Assembly (NCBI GenBank): GCA_002633005.1
Contig: NMRA01000310.1
Location: 66,624-130,623 of the forward strand
Reading direction: 5' to 3'
Source: Phoronis australis
Taxonomy: Eukaryota; Animalia; Phoronida
Length of the DNA: 64,000 bases
Shown here piece by piece: positions 52,238 through 64,000 of the stretch; position 1 is the stretch's first letter; each line of letters opens with the position of its first letter. The notes under the pieces were generated by a model. That model was not told the DNA's origin. It saw nothing but the letters and a program-made list of their open reading frames with translations, and ran no database searches. A program made the translations under genes and the position numbers.

Positions 52238-52380
52238 TCGTTCAGTAACGCCAGGACCTCGCTAAAAAGCAAGACTTTGCGAGATTACGTGAGATGTTGA
52301 AGTGTATTTCAAATGACAACACGTGATTTTAAGTATGTCCTAGTGTACGTCCTAGCGTAGGTCCTAGCGTTACTGAACGC
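52238..52380. mobile_element. MITE-like element, inverted copy of 49618-49750
   Basis: cgttcagtaacgccaggacc ... ggtcctagcgttactgaacg. Confidence 0.7.
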
Positions 52381-52709
52381 ACATATGGACACGGGTGCTG
52401 TGAACTTTACGTACTGCGTGACGTAATTGCTGTCGCACCTAGTAGCAGTGGAAGGTCGCTTGGTTTTTAATTAAAATTCGACCTAAATATGACATGACCC
52501 CTGGATGAATGGTTTCTATGGTAGTTATATATAGCGACCTAACATATGGCTGCAATACAACACCGTAGGTCCATAACAGTCAGTTGATCACCAGCTGAGC
52601 GTGAATTAATTATGCTTATTATAATTATGACTGCTGCGTAACTACTAATTAAAAGTATTCTGCACAATGTCAGCTGTAAGGTCAATAGTTCAGCGTCAGA
52701 GAAATCGTT

Positions 52710-52754
52710 TCTCTCTCTCTCCCCCTCTCTCTCTCTCTCTCTCCCTCCCTCCCT
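52710..52754. repeat. (CT)n microsatellite ending at an n
   Basis: Direct inspection. Confidence 0.9.
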
Positions 52755-53963
52755 NAATGGAATTCCCAACAAAAATGTTCATTTTAAGACTGTAACTCCA
52801 ACAGTCAAAGAGTTGTTACAGACTACACCAGTATTTACGTGGCACATTGCTCTATCACTTACTACAAGCCAGCAAATAGTCAAGCCAGGGGTGCGGTTCC
52901 GCAAAGCAAGATGCTTGCGAGTGAAAGCTTAATTCATCACGAGCTTCCCTAGAAATACATTGACTATATCTCGTTGAGGACTTTGGTGATCTCGCCTTTT
53001 TCGCAAAAAATTGCTCTGCGGGCTGCACTTTAGTCCTCGTTACGACATGTGGGTTAGCAGCTCGATAATCCAAATGGTTATCTGAACACGTTCATTACAG
53101 TTAAATTTTACGACCCGACACGTGAAGAAATACGTCTGATAAAATTTTTAACGGGTGACAGGTAAAAAGAAACTGACAAATGCAATGGCAAAATGACCGT
53201 TTACTAGCTAGAAGCTATACTTAATTCAGTGTAGATATTTTTATTATTAAATTATAGGCCAACGCCTACAGATGATTCGAAAGCCGCAATTCCTAAAGTA
53301 CCAGAAAATATTGAGCTTTTCGCAGTGCGGCAATGCGATTTCTATCGATAACCAGAAGTTGCATTAGTCGTAATCCTGCAGCAGTGGAACCCGCATCAGC
53401 GTCGGAGAGCGATCAATGGCAATACAGAACGACCGACATGGAATGGAACACAGTTAATCAATAACGTAGCAAAACGAACTAAACTCCCTAACTAACAGTC
53501 ATTGAGATAAACAAACTGACAACGTTGACTCGACACTTGAATGGGGATTAGGTAGTCGCTAATCACCAGTGAAATGGTGACGGGAAATTTTCTACGAAAA
53601 CGATTGTGAGAAGCAGTGAATTTTGGGATTTCTCCAGATCACATTTGTTGAATTTGCATTCAATGTGCTGATTGTCGTGCAATGCAACCAGAGAAAACTT
53701 AAGATGGTTGAATTATGTCCAAATCATACCACAGTCATCGCAAGACGGTGAATGTCACGATTTTATGACATCACTGAGCACCCATTAACCTAATAAACTT
53801 TAAACCCACTGACTTTTTTGTTCAATGGTTTGACTGAAGAATTCCTGACATTCTGAAGACAGTGAAACAATGTCTGCTCTTTGTCTATTTTTGAAGACTG
53901 CTGACAACAACAGCGTGCCACCTATTGTACTTACTCATCCCCGTCAAAATAGAAAAAGGATAT

Positions 53964-54178
53964 CCCCATTCAATGATGATTTTGGCGTATTTCCTGATGA
54001 AGTTTTCCTCACTGAATATGAAAAGTGACCGAGTATTGGAGCCTCCAAGACCTGGTAGAGATATGTGTGTCGCCTTCTTGGCAAATCCTCGTATCCCTGA
54101 GAGTTCTTTCCCGCCAATTCTCTGTTGGTTGTCGTCTGTTGCCCTTCCCATGGTCGCCATCCTGGTAAGAGAGTCCAT
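53964..54178 (-). CDS. Cav2: Cav2 first visible coding exon (N-terminus to IIIEWG)
   Basis: MDSLTRMATMGR...RSLFIFSEENFIRKYAKIIIEWG; ends GG|ATATCCTTT (U12 donor). The start is uncertain: ATG at 54178 or 54160, and an acceptor-like ctcttaccag sits just before 54161. Confidence 0.9.
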
Positions 54179-54509
54179 AGTTATACCACACGCACACACA
54201 CAAAAAGGGACAAGTCTGAGACAGTCTCCGATTCAGAGCTTATCCACCGTTGACATTGCCAAGCACTTTAGAAGAGGGAAGACTGCTGACAGGAATTGTG
54301 CTCTAATGTTAGACACAAGCTGACCCTATTTTGTCTGGACACAATCAATTGTCTTGTCCTCTGAGCACTTTCACGATATATTAGCGGAGAACAGGCCAAC
54401 ATGGTGTACTCTGCTATCGACTCCCAGCTATCGGTAAAATTATGCGTTCTCATTATACACGATGTATTATGGCAAATCGATTTTTAGGTTGCAATTCACC
54501 AGCCTGGAA

Positions 54510-54600
54510 AAATTGACCAATCAGATCGCGACGAGGCAACAATAATAAAACTGCATTCTATGAAAAATTAAATAGACGCGTGACGTCACCCGCGGTGAAA
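54510..54600. promoter_or_regulatory. Candidate proximal promoter elements (CCAAT box and palindromic CRE) about 350-400 bp upstream of the first coding exon
   Basis: gaccaatcag at 54515-54524 and TGACGTCA at 54581-54588, in locally CpG-rich sequence. Confidence 0.35.
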
Positions 54601-55874
54601 CAGAGTTGACTCTCTGGACTGTTTTCTGGCTGGCGCCGATGGCGTAGGACAATGTTTGCCGTTGTATTTGAAACTCACTTTCGTTTGTCTGTCTCTTGTA
54701 ATGCCAGGAATTACTAATCTGGGTTAATTCATGAACTGGGACTTCCTGGATTGTGCAGTCGCGTTCAGTACTAGCTATTCAGTCACAGCTTATATGGTGG
54801 ATAATTCTGATAATGTTGATTTATTAACGGTTGTGGTTCAGCTGTCCACGCCGTGTTTCAGCCGGAGGCGCCAATAACCCTGCGTGCCAGATTAACCTGA
54901 TGCCTCGGTCAGCTTCCGACGTTGCCGATTCGAAGAGTTTGCGGCGGAAAAATACTCATATCGGACGGCGATCAGACGATTACTAGAGAGCGCAAGGTGT
55001 CGATAAAACGCCAAGCCACTATCATGAGTTAGACCTCATCGTCCGAAAAACGACAAAGAAATGGATGAGCTGCGTAATATTCTAACTTTTTCCTAATAGA
55101 AAAAAGTGCCTGTCGGGAACGCGTGTCCACATTTGCGGATCACAAATTTGCAGAGCACCTTTTGGTTACGTTAACAGAGCTGAGACTAAGAAGTGACACA
55201 ATAACGAAGAGCAAACACAATGCACTAAGTGTTAGACTTCTGGATATCAAAATGAGACTACGGTAAACAGCTCATCACCGATTTCGAACAAAAATAATTG
55301 CTAAAATTGCCATTTTCTCTTTTTCCATTGTCTTCTAACATAACTGTTGCGAGTGCCCAGAAGTTTTCAAAATTTTGTGTGACGGCAGATATCAAACAAA
55401 CTTTGAGCATGGCGAAGCATTACCTTTTGTGCTGCATACTTTATTTGAAAAATAAGAAAATAAAATGTTAGCTGCCGGCCTTATGATATGTGTTTCCTAA
55501 ATTGGCGAGATTTAAACGTAATCGTAGGATTATTTTCGAGAATTCGGACAATACAAATATATACCCCTGTCGTAGGAGTTTCTGTGGATATTGTAGCCAG
55601 TTACAACGAGTCAAATATGAGTCCAAGTCATATTCACTCGTACATCGACAGGGGGCGGGGGAGCTTTAAAACCTTCTACATCCGGAGCAGTCCTCTAACC
55701 TGAGTGTTCCATTCAGTTTAAGGTGTACCAGCAACTTATCACACGATTCCCCGCACTTTGTGGATACAATAACAGTTATCATTCACCTACGCAATGTGCT
55801 GCTTTTCTGGTACTCGTTACATATGAGACGAGTAGAAACCGTACGTTTCCGGACGCGACAGGAGCAAATCCGGA

Positions 55875-56130
55875 CCTGGAGCCTGTTCCAAGAAACTGAC
55901 TTAAGTTCATTTTTGACTTAAGTTTAAGATTTGTCTTAATTTCCAATCTTTGAAACTTCCAAATTCGGTAAGTAAGTCAAAATTAAGACAAAACTTATGT
56001 CAAACACTTAAGTCAAGCTTAAGATCTATTTCTTGAATTGGTTTTGAGACAAATTTAACTTTTACTTTAAAATTTACAAAAATTTAAGATTTGTCTTTGC
56101 TAAGTCAGTTTTGTTGGAACGGGCCCCTGG
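55875..56130. mobile_element. MITE-like element with internal cttaag subrepeats
   Basis: gcctgttccaagaaactgactta ... taagtcagttttgttggaacgggc. Confidence 0.55.
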
Positions 56131-59100
56131 TCCTCATTTAGCATTGAGCCTCTCAAAGACATTCACGTACTAAGTGTAATTAGACAAACCACAGAAGAGT
56201 TTCTTTGAACATGAATGATCGAGGATATGGCGAGAAGGCAAACCCAATCTCCATCGGAAATTTGATATTTACCCACAAAGAGTAAATTACCTTGTACTTT
56301 TACCAACCGTCAATGCCACCTGTCTCAAGGATTAATTAAATACGACCATAATAATGTCAACACAAGTTCATACGTAACAAAAGCCAGGCAAAGAAATGCA
56401 AAAAGTACCTTTAAAGGCGTGCGAGACAATAATTTGACCGCCTATAATGGGTAGCTGCAACAGTAAAAAATGACACAAAAGTGCTGCTACCTCACTCTTT
56501 AAAAATAACAGCAAATAAAAATATAAAATGTATAGCATTCAATATTTGCAACAAAGGGACACAGCATTTGGTATTTGAAACTTAGCAGGCGTACTGTATT
56601 TGTTTTGATAAGGAATGAACATGAGATAAAATGAAATTATTATAACGGGCTCGGCACTTGTTGGAATTGGCTCTAAGCGGTAGCTGCCACCATCTCCAAA
56701 ATCCTAGAGCGACTACTGCAGTAAAGTCAAAGCCGCCCGAAAATCGCATTGCCGTCGCATACCTCTGTGTCAAGTTTCTTTGAAATTCGTTACCCGGTTC
56801 TCCAGATATGAGCCACAAAAATTATGAAAACCAAAATGGCTATAAAGGGGTGACACTGTGGTTGAATTCATCCTAAAATCATCGACTTGTGCCGGTGAAT
56901 TTTTGTCACATATCTCTGAGTCAAGTTTCATTGAAATCTGTCAATCAGTTCTCAAACTATCATCTGGAAACGCTATTCCAAAAATATTGAAAAGCCACGC
57001 CTCCTCGCGTGGGAGGAGGGGCATATCGAAAAAATGACACATACCGTCAGAGTGATGGCCTACACCCTTGCGCCAAATTTCATCGACAAACGACCAGGGT
57101 TTTTGATTTGTCAAGCAGACAACTGCACATTGGGATAACCGGATTGAAAGATCAATAGTGAGCAAGTCAGCTCAAAAATTCAGTGGTTCGGTTCAGCGCA
57201 CTGCCGTCACACACCATTGAGTTAATTTTTCATTAAAACTATCACTCGGTTTTGATATCAGCCGGAAAGACTCTTCCCCAAAAAATATTGAAAAGCACCT
57301 TGTCGAGTCCAAAACTGTCACAAAAAGTCTTGCAGTCGTCGAATTCGTCTGGAAAATAATTGGTACTGGCGCCCGCCACGAATCTTTCTCATAGAAATCA
57401 AACAGTTCTCTAGGTGTCATTCTGAAACACTCTTTATTTGTTTAGATGTTTATTACAAAAAATATAATGTACAAAAATTGAAGTAAACCCAGAAAGCGCT
57501 AGAAAGCACAAAATCTTGGCGTGAAACGCTCTTCTCCCAAACGTACTGAAAAGGCATCTTGTCGAAACCAAAATGGTCACAAGAGGGGTTGGCTATCATC
57601 AAATCCGCCCGAAATTCAACTGGTGCCGGCTCATTGCCGTCACCTACTTGTTCGCCAAAAACCATTGAAATCCGCCCATCGATTCTATGTATCATGGTAC
57701 GGAAACTTTTGAAAGCCCCAACCCTGACCACGGGGGCGGGGCAATTTGGAAAACGGCATGAACCGCCTTAGCGTTTCCCTTCACCCTTGTTCAATATGTT
57801 ATGATTAAAATATAATCAGGTTTTATTAAGATGTCCGGAAAAATGGTTACTTAAGTTGCAGTAGTTGAAATTGCTCAAAAATCGACTACTGCCGGCGCAT
57901 CACCGTAACATACCTATATGTTACGTTCCTTTGAAATCCGTGAATCGTTTCCCTAAATATCATCCCGAAACGCTCTTCCGCCGCACAAAAATACACAAAA
58001 CCCTCATCCGGCACTTCGAGACCATATTTTATATGTAGTGGACGCATAAAAACACACTACGAACTGCTATTCAATGCAAATCCTACAAGTTGATGAACAC
58101 CATAGTAAAATCTACGAGGAATGAAATTGGAATTGATAAAATAGCCGAAAGAAAGTTTCAGCAGTGAAGAACTATGACAAGGGAACAGTAAAAGCCAGGG
58201 GCCTTTCAGCATGACGTTCTTGCGAGAAAGGAAGATCTTGCAACACCTCGTCAAATCTCGCTAGTAAAAGGCGAGAGTTGCGAAAATGGTTGGCCGCTTA
58301 CAAGCCTGCCTTGGCGAAATGGCGACCACTGGGTCAATGAGGTTGGAGTGTTGAATTTTGAGAACGAATTCATTGGTTTCGTTCCATAAGCAAAGATCTT
58401 TGACACAGGTGCGCTGTCTCACATCTAAGAAACTCAGTCCAGGCTGTGCTCCCAAAGAATTTCTTTGTTCAAAATCTTAAAAAGTGAAAAAACTTAGAGA
58501 GCAACAATTCTCGTCGTCGAAAACGAAAAAGCTAAGGACATCATTGACGAGAAGACCACGACTCATGCAATGAAGCGACGTGCACATTTTCGTCGCTAGG
58601 ATTGCTAGGAGAGTGGGGCGTTCCCCACTAACTCAAAAAGGGTTATAAAGCCGCGTCCCGTCCAAGAAGTGAACTTACCACTTACCGCTGTAAAATTGGT
58701 CTCAACTTGTTCCTCACACAGACGAGAATTGACTTCTGGGTTTGCAAGGAGTTATGGTTCGATATTCCTTTAATGGACCAGGGGACCAGCGCATAAAATG
58801 ACACGGGTCATGCAAGCCAGATTGTACCACTCGGTCTCCATCAATAACGTGCTTAAATAATCTCCCATCTAACTTAGGAACGATTTAAAGTGAATTTCAT
58901 CGCGTAAGTGGTTTAAGTCAAAAGTTCATTTTCGTGATGCGGGAAGGCGGGATTATTGCCGCTTCAATGAACTGGAAATTTAAAGGAAAATATTGATGTT
59001 TCCAAATAATGCAACCAGCTGGCTGGATTACAAAATAAGATTGTCTGCAAAACGATTCCTCGCCTTTTCTCACTTATGGGCGAGGCGAAACATTATTTGA

Positions 59101-60250
59101 AAGCTAAATTCTTTAGTAAAAAGTGACGTTTAGTATACAGGCCTACCGTAAGATATTATAGTATCAAATCTCACGTTTCATTAAATTGACAATGTCGTGC
59201 AGAAAAATGATTTTCTGAAATCAGCTGCAACGCGGGATAAAAGGCACAACCTCAGTAGTGGCAGCCCAGCGCTCGGCTGACGGAGGTAGACCCCACCCGA
59301 TAAATGGCAGAGTAGATTATGCTTACGTAACTGGTAAAGTCACCCGCCTTGATTTCAGCGAATGGCTGGCAGGCAACGGCGAGTGTTGGCAACCTGTCAT
59401 ATAACCTCCCCAAAATACAACGGATTTTGTTGTTTCATACCTCTAGTCAAAGCTAATAACTTCAAGAGGTCTATCCCATCCAGCAATAATACCAAAATGG
59501 GTTTCTCGATCGTAAAACCGATTATTCCCCTTTAGAATATTGTTCTTCAGTGATGTGAATTGGCATAAGCTATAAAGCGAATAAGCGGAAATAAACCTCT
59601 GAGGCTCGTGTTATCAATGGTCGTAAGGCCTGTCGTAGAAAAGACGGACTGCGTATCTTTAATTTCTGTGGCTAAACAATCCATTAACGTGGTTCATAGA
59701 GGCAGGCTTTCAATGTGAATGTGAACTACGATCACGTACGCGATAGTGCCAGTATTGCTCTGACATGAAACGTAACGTCGTTAGCAAAAACGTAACTTTA
59801 CGACTGACTTAGCTACGACATTTGAAAAAACGGGCCTTGGTTGCATGTCCACTTTTGTCCGTGAAACAGTGGGGGTTATAACGAGTTACCAAGCAAAACT
59901 TCGTCCGCCCAAAATATATTAACCATTTTTAACCTACGAAATGGATTTTAATATAAGTGAAACGCTTCCTAACAGTCTTCGAAAATCACACCATTCGTTT
60001 GGACCAGTCATGCCAGATACACACATACTGTTGCTGAGCGATCACGTTAACATTTTTTCAGCAGCGACAGCTTCAGAGAAAAATCGCCAGCGATAACGTA
60101 TCGCAGAATAATGATGCACAACACGATTAAATAGACAAAACATGTTTACCACACCAAAATGTAATAGAAAAATAGTGGTGATATTTCACTCAGAAAGTTA
60201 CAGAGACTGTCTCACAAAACATCCAATATGCAACGAAGGCGCTACCACAT

Positions 60251-60377
60251 TTCGATATTACATTCCCTTGAAAGGATACTAAACCCTGTCTTGAGTATTT
60301 AAACCAATCATCGTTCTTCGATATTACATTCCCTTGAAAGGATACTAAACCTTGTCTTGAGGATTTAAACCAATCAT
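60251..60377. repeat. About 66-bp tandem duplication
   Basis: ttcgatattacattcccttgaaaggatactaaacc... x2. Confidence 0.9.
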
Positions 60378-63300
60378 TTTTCTGCTAACTGCTATTGCAT
60401 CATTGACGTCAATCTTAAAAGATAGAACCCGGAATCGTCTAAAGACTCATCCCAGTGTCACAAGTGGCTCTTAGTCTTTCCCTACAGATGTCGCGCACTT
60501 TGCTAAAAGCGTTGATCACGCTTGCCTGTTCAACAGACCTTGAAAGGAATTTTCAAATTTTCCTACAAACCTTTGATGGTTGTTGAGGGCTACAAAGCAT
60601 TATTTTGTTTCAGAGAACTGGATGGAAAAGTCGTTTTTAATGTCTGTTAATAGGCTAAAACCGGGTTTGGTGTCCTTTTAATAAAATGAATAAACCGCGT
60701 CTTTTCTGTTCCAATAACTCTGCCAGTGATTTTTAAAGGCAGTGAACACACAGAAAAACGCACTGTATAAGCAATCAGTGAAAACGGAAATCATAACTGG
60801 AATTCACCACGAGAGTGAAGACCTCCTGAACGTATTAAATATCTGCCTGGAAGATAAAATTTAGAGCTTGGGTAGTTCCATCACGCATAAATGTTAAAAG
60901 CTGTCATTTGCACCTATTGCATGACAAAAATACGTGTTACGCTCGTTCATCGAGACAGTAAACAAAGTCCAATTGACTTGTTGCTGTCATTTCCAGATTA
61001 ACAGTTAAACTCTCCGGAAATTTTCATGAAATCTGAACGTAACTTGTTTGAGCTTGAGCTAAACTGGTGATTGCCAACTAAGCCAACGCTACCTCTTTAC
61101 CAGTCTCACTAGGCGGAGATAATAATTTCCATACAGTGTAACTCACCCAAACGTCAGCTATGTATTATTATTAAATATAGGAAAGCTTGTACGCGGTTTC
61201 ATCAGTACGCTGTTAATGGTTCGATACCATCTGTCTGAAGTATTTAACTATAATGATGTTTGATCGAATACCGATTGCATTCAAAGGTTTGTGTACAAAA
61301 AACTGACAAAAAGAATAGTGACGCCACGTGACGTGACCACGGATACAAATAAATGCATCAAAATGTTGCAATCCTGGCCGGGGATGCAACCCCGAAAGGT
61401 TTTACTCCGAAAAAAAATGTTTTCACAGCGTCGGGAGACCCTTTTATAGGCGCAAATCATATTATCATCCAGTTGTTACTCCGAAAGATCTATACTCCGA
61501 AGGAGGTTTACTCTGAAATAAATTGACATGGTTACGAATTTTGTTCATGTTTCTCTAGTCTCCGAAAATGCATTAAATTACAAAAAAAAAACGCTCAAAA
61601 GTGTTTAGCAATAACCTGTTTGCTTAGATAATATAGACACGTAATAAGAATTTACAGCCCAATCATTAGGAGTAATTTCCAGATACTTATTTGTTTAATT
61701 AAGATGATATATTATACTGTAGTAAGTTGTAAAGATACGTAGTTGAGGCTATCCAACCCCAGCCGTATCTACTATTCATTAATGATATGCTTTTTGGGTA
61801 AATAAACGTATTAAAAAAAAGTATTTACAGACAGTATGTTTCAAATTGACCCAGGTTTTGATTATCGAAACGTTTCCTATGGTAGGTGCGATGTCCAGTA
61901 AAACACTATATCACAGTGCCTGTACTAATCACCATGTACTGGAACGATTCGTCAAGTTCTTTCGCAATAACAAGTTTGTATTTTGGACAACAGGAGGAGC
62001 TGGTGGCGTCAGATATGATACCATTATGCATGGTATTTAGCTGCGGGAACCTGGCGTGCGTTTCGTAGATGCGAGAGCATCGCGAAAATGCAAGCTAACG
62101 CAAGAAGTCGTAAGATATAGCCCCTATTTATTATAAGCGAAGCACGTGATCACACTAGCTTCCTCCGAGAGATTCTTGCGTCTACAGAGCTCAATTTTGC
62201 TAAATGTTAAATTGGCTGGGACGGTTTACATGGAGTTAATTTGCATATGGCATGGGTTCAAGGGGCACGTGTATCCCACATTTAAAAGTGCATTATCCGT
62301 TGCGAATGCATGTTTCGTGCAATAAGGGCTCCATTTGAACGGACAATGTAATTTTCAGTAAAGGTCAATCAAACATAAGTAGGTATTTGATCCATGAAAT
62401 TATTTCATAAAAATTAAAACTTATAAATGTGCCCCGAAACAACAACTCTTGGGAGCATAGAATATCCGGAGTAACGGCCCTAGGAGTACACACAATTCCG
62501 ACTATTTGTACTTCGAAGTAAAGACCCTTCGGACTGGAGATCTAGATCCCCTCGTGATTGGCGATCTCTTTTAAAGTCTAACGCAGCGCCATCTTTGAGA
62601 AGCATTGTTGTTTGGGGTGAAAACCTCGTTTTGGGTAGTAGCAATCCAAACGTGCCGCTCATAAGGCTGACTTTTTCACGACCAGTTTCTTGTAAAAGAT
62701 TGCCTTTTCTGACAAAATTCCCTACAAAAGAGTCCAGGCACTCTATAAAAAACTCTACCCACATTAAAGTACACGTGAGTTTTCACTGAATATTATCTCT
62801 TTAAAAACTTTTGTTGCCGAAGTACTGTGCTCGTTTTAGACAACATGATAGTACTGTTTCTGACGTAACGGGTTAATTCAGCTGTCCAGGAATTGACCTA
62901 TCGCAAGCTCCGCCCCTTTGCAAAATGTCGACAAGCAAACAATAACTTTTACCCGGCAACGTGATGTTTATCGGGTAAAATGGCAGCATGGGAAACGAAG
63001 GTGTGTCAAGAATACTGCGTTCTGATTGGTCAGTTAAGCCGTCCGTCACTCAAATTCCTGGCGTCAGGTCAATCTCAAGGTTAAGGATCATGGAATTGAC
63101 CCTTGCAAGAGGTAATGTTTCTGGAACAGAATCCTAGGAAAGGGTGATTCTTATGGAATTCCCGCTCTATAAAAGTGTGAATATCCTAATTTTCTGCACA
63201 CCCTTAAAATATGGTCGACTACTTCCGGTTTCTAGTTATGCATGACAACACCAGAGACCAGTTAAAGGTGTTTGACTAGTCGGCGCAACGGCAAATTCAT

Positions 63301-64000
63301 GGAGGTTGAACTGGATTTGTTCACTGGGTTGGAAGTTTGGGATTATGGCTTCAGTGATCTGACGGGGACTTAAATGTAGATGACATTGTTTCCCACGACC
63401 AATTCACGGGTCCAGTTCTGTTGATGCAAAAATATCGCCGAGGAAGCACGTGCGACCACCTGCTTTGCTTTTAATAAATGTCGATATCTCACAAACTTTT
63501 GCGGGATCTGCGTTTTCGTGAGGTTCTCCCCAGTGGCAAATTTAGGAAGGGGGCCAAAGGGGGTCATGGTCCCCCTAAAATTCTTCCAGTTTTCATTTGG
63601 TAGTTTTGGTTTGCGAATGTGTGATGGGCAAAATCCTGACTAACACTCTGCCCTGGCCCCCCTAACTCATAATCCTGGATCTGCGGAACGCATGTTTTGC
63701 CACATAAAACACGCCTCGGGCATTTACATGTCATACAAACAGAAACGCATAGGCCGCTTGTGTTACGTAAAAAGAAGGTCAAAAAGCCATCAGTTTTGAT
63801 AGGGTTGACAAACCCCTCCATATATTACATATTAATCGCACACTGCGTAATCTCTCGTAGTGCAGAAACTGAATGGTATCATGATAAGAAAATAACATTT
63901 ATGTCTATTTTGTGAGGCTGTTGATGAGCCGAGTGGCCTTTTGTTGCAGGTAAGTTGCTGCGCCTATTAAGTTGCATACCTAGACTAATAACATCACCCA

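Larger units (their letters stand above)
48622..53963 (-). other. U12-type AT-AC intron
   Basis: 5' end ATATCCTTT at 53963, branch site TTCCTTAAC at 48640-48632, 3' end AC at 48623-48622. Splicing restores EWG-PFEY. Confidence 0.95.

Noticed and set aside
60265-60350. Two GTATCCTTT U12-like donors on the minus strand
   Set aside because: They lie within a local tandem duplication. Joining to exon 2 would create a stop in the open frame and need a GT-AC intron.
62480-62764. 94-aa ORF as an upstream coding exon
   Set aside because: No phase-compatible strong donor and no recognisable homology.

Overview
Eukaryotic (AT-rich, intron-rich, probably invertebrate animal) genomic DNA. Most of the window (about 54.2 kb down to position 1) is the 5' half of one minus-strand voltage-gated calcium channel alpha-1 gene of the Cav2 (cacophony/CACNA1A-B-E) type. 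I could rebuild it exon by exon with consistent splice phases, from the N-terminus through domain I, the AID, domain II and a short II-III linker to IIIS3; it continues past position 1. The main signal is a combinatorial splicing system aimed at the voltage sensors and outer pore: two paralogous IS4 exons (one has Pro at gating charge R1), two domain-I turret/P-loop exons, two 73-nt domain-II turret exons, and three 18-nt phase-2 microexons for the IIIS3-S4 linker. That gives at least 24 theoretical combinations in this half of the gene. The gene also has two U12-type introns (one AT-AC, one GT-AG) and three local tandem duplications of splice signals. Introns contain a repeat array carrying seven CTCF-like motifs and many MITE-like palindromes. 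Two near-identical duplications flanking single 'n' bases are probably assembly artefacts. Nothing here is confirmed by expression data. Most of the other ORFs in the track look like noise.
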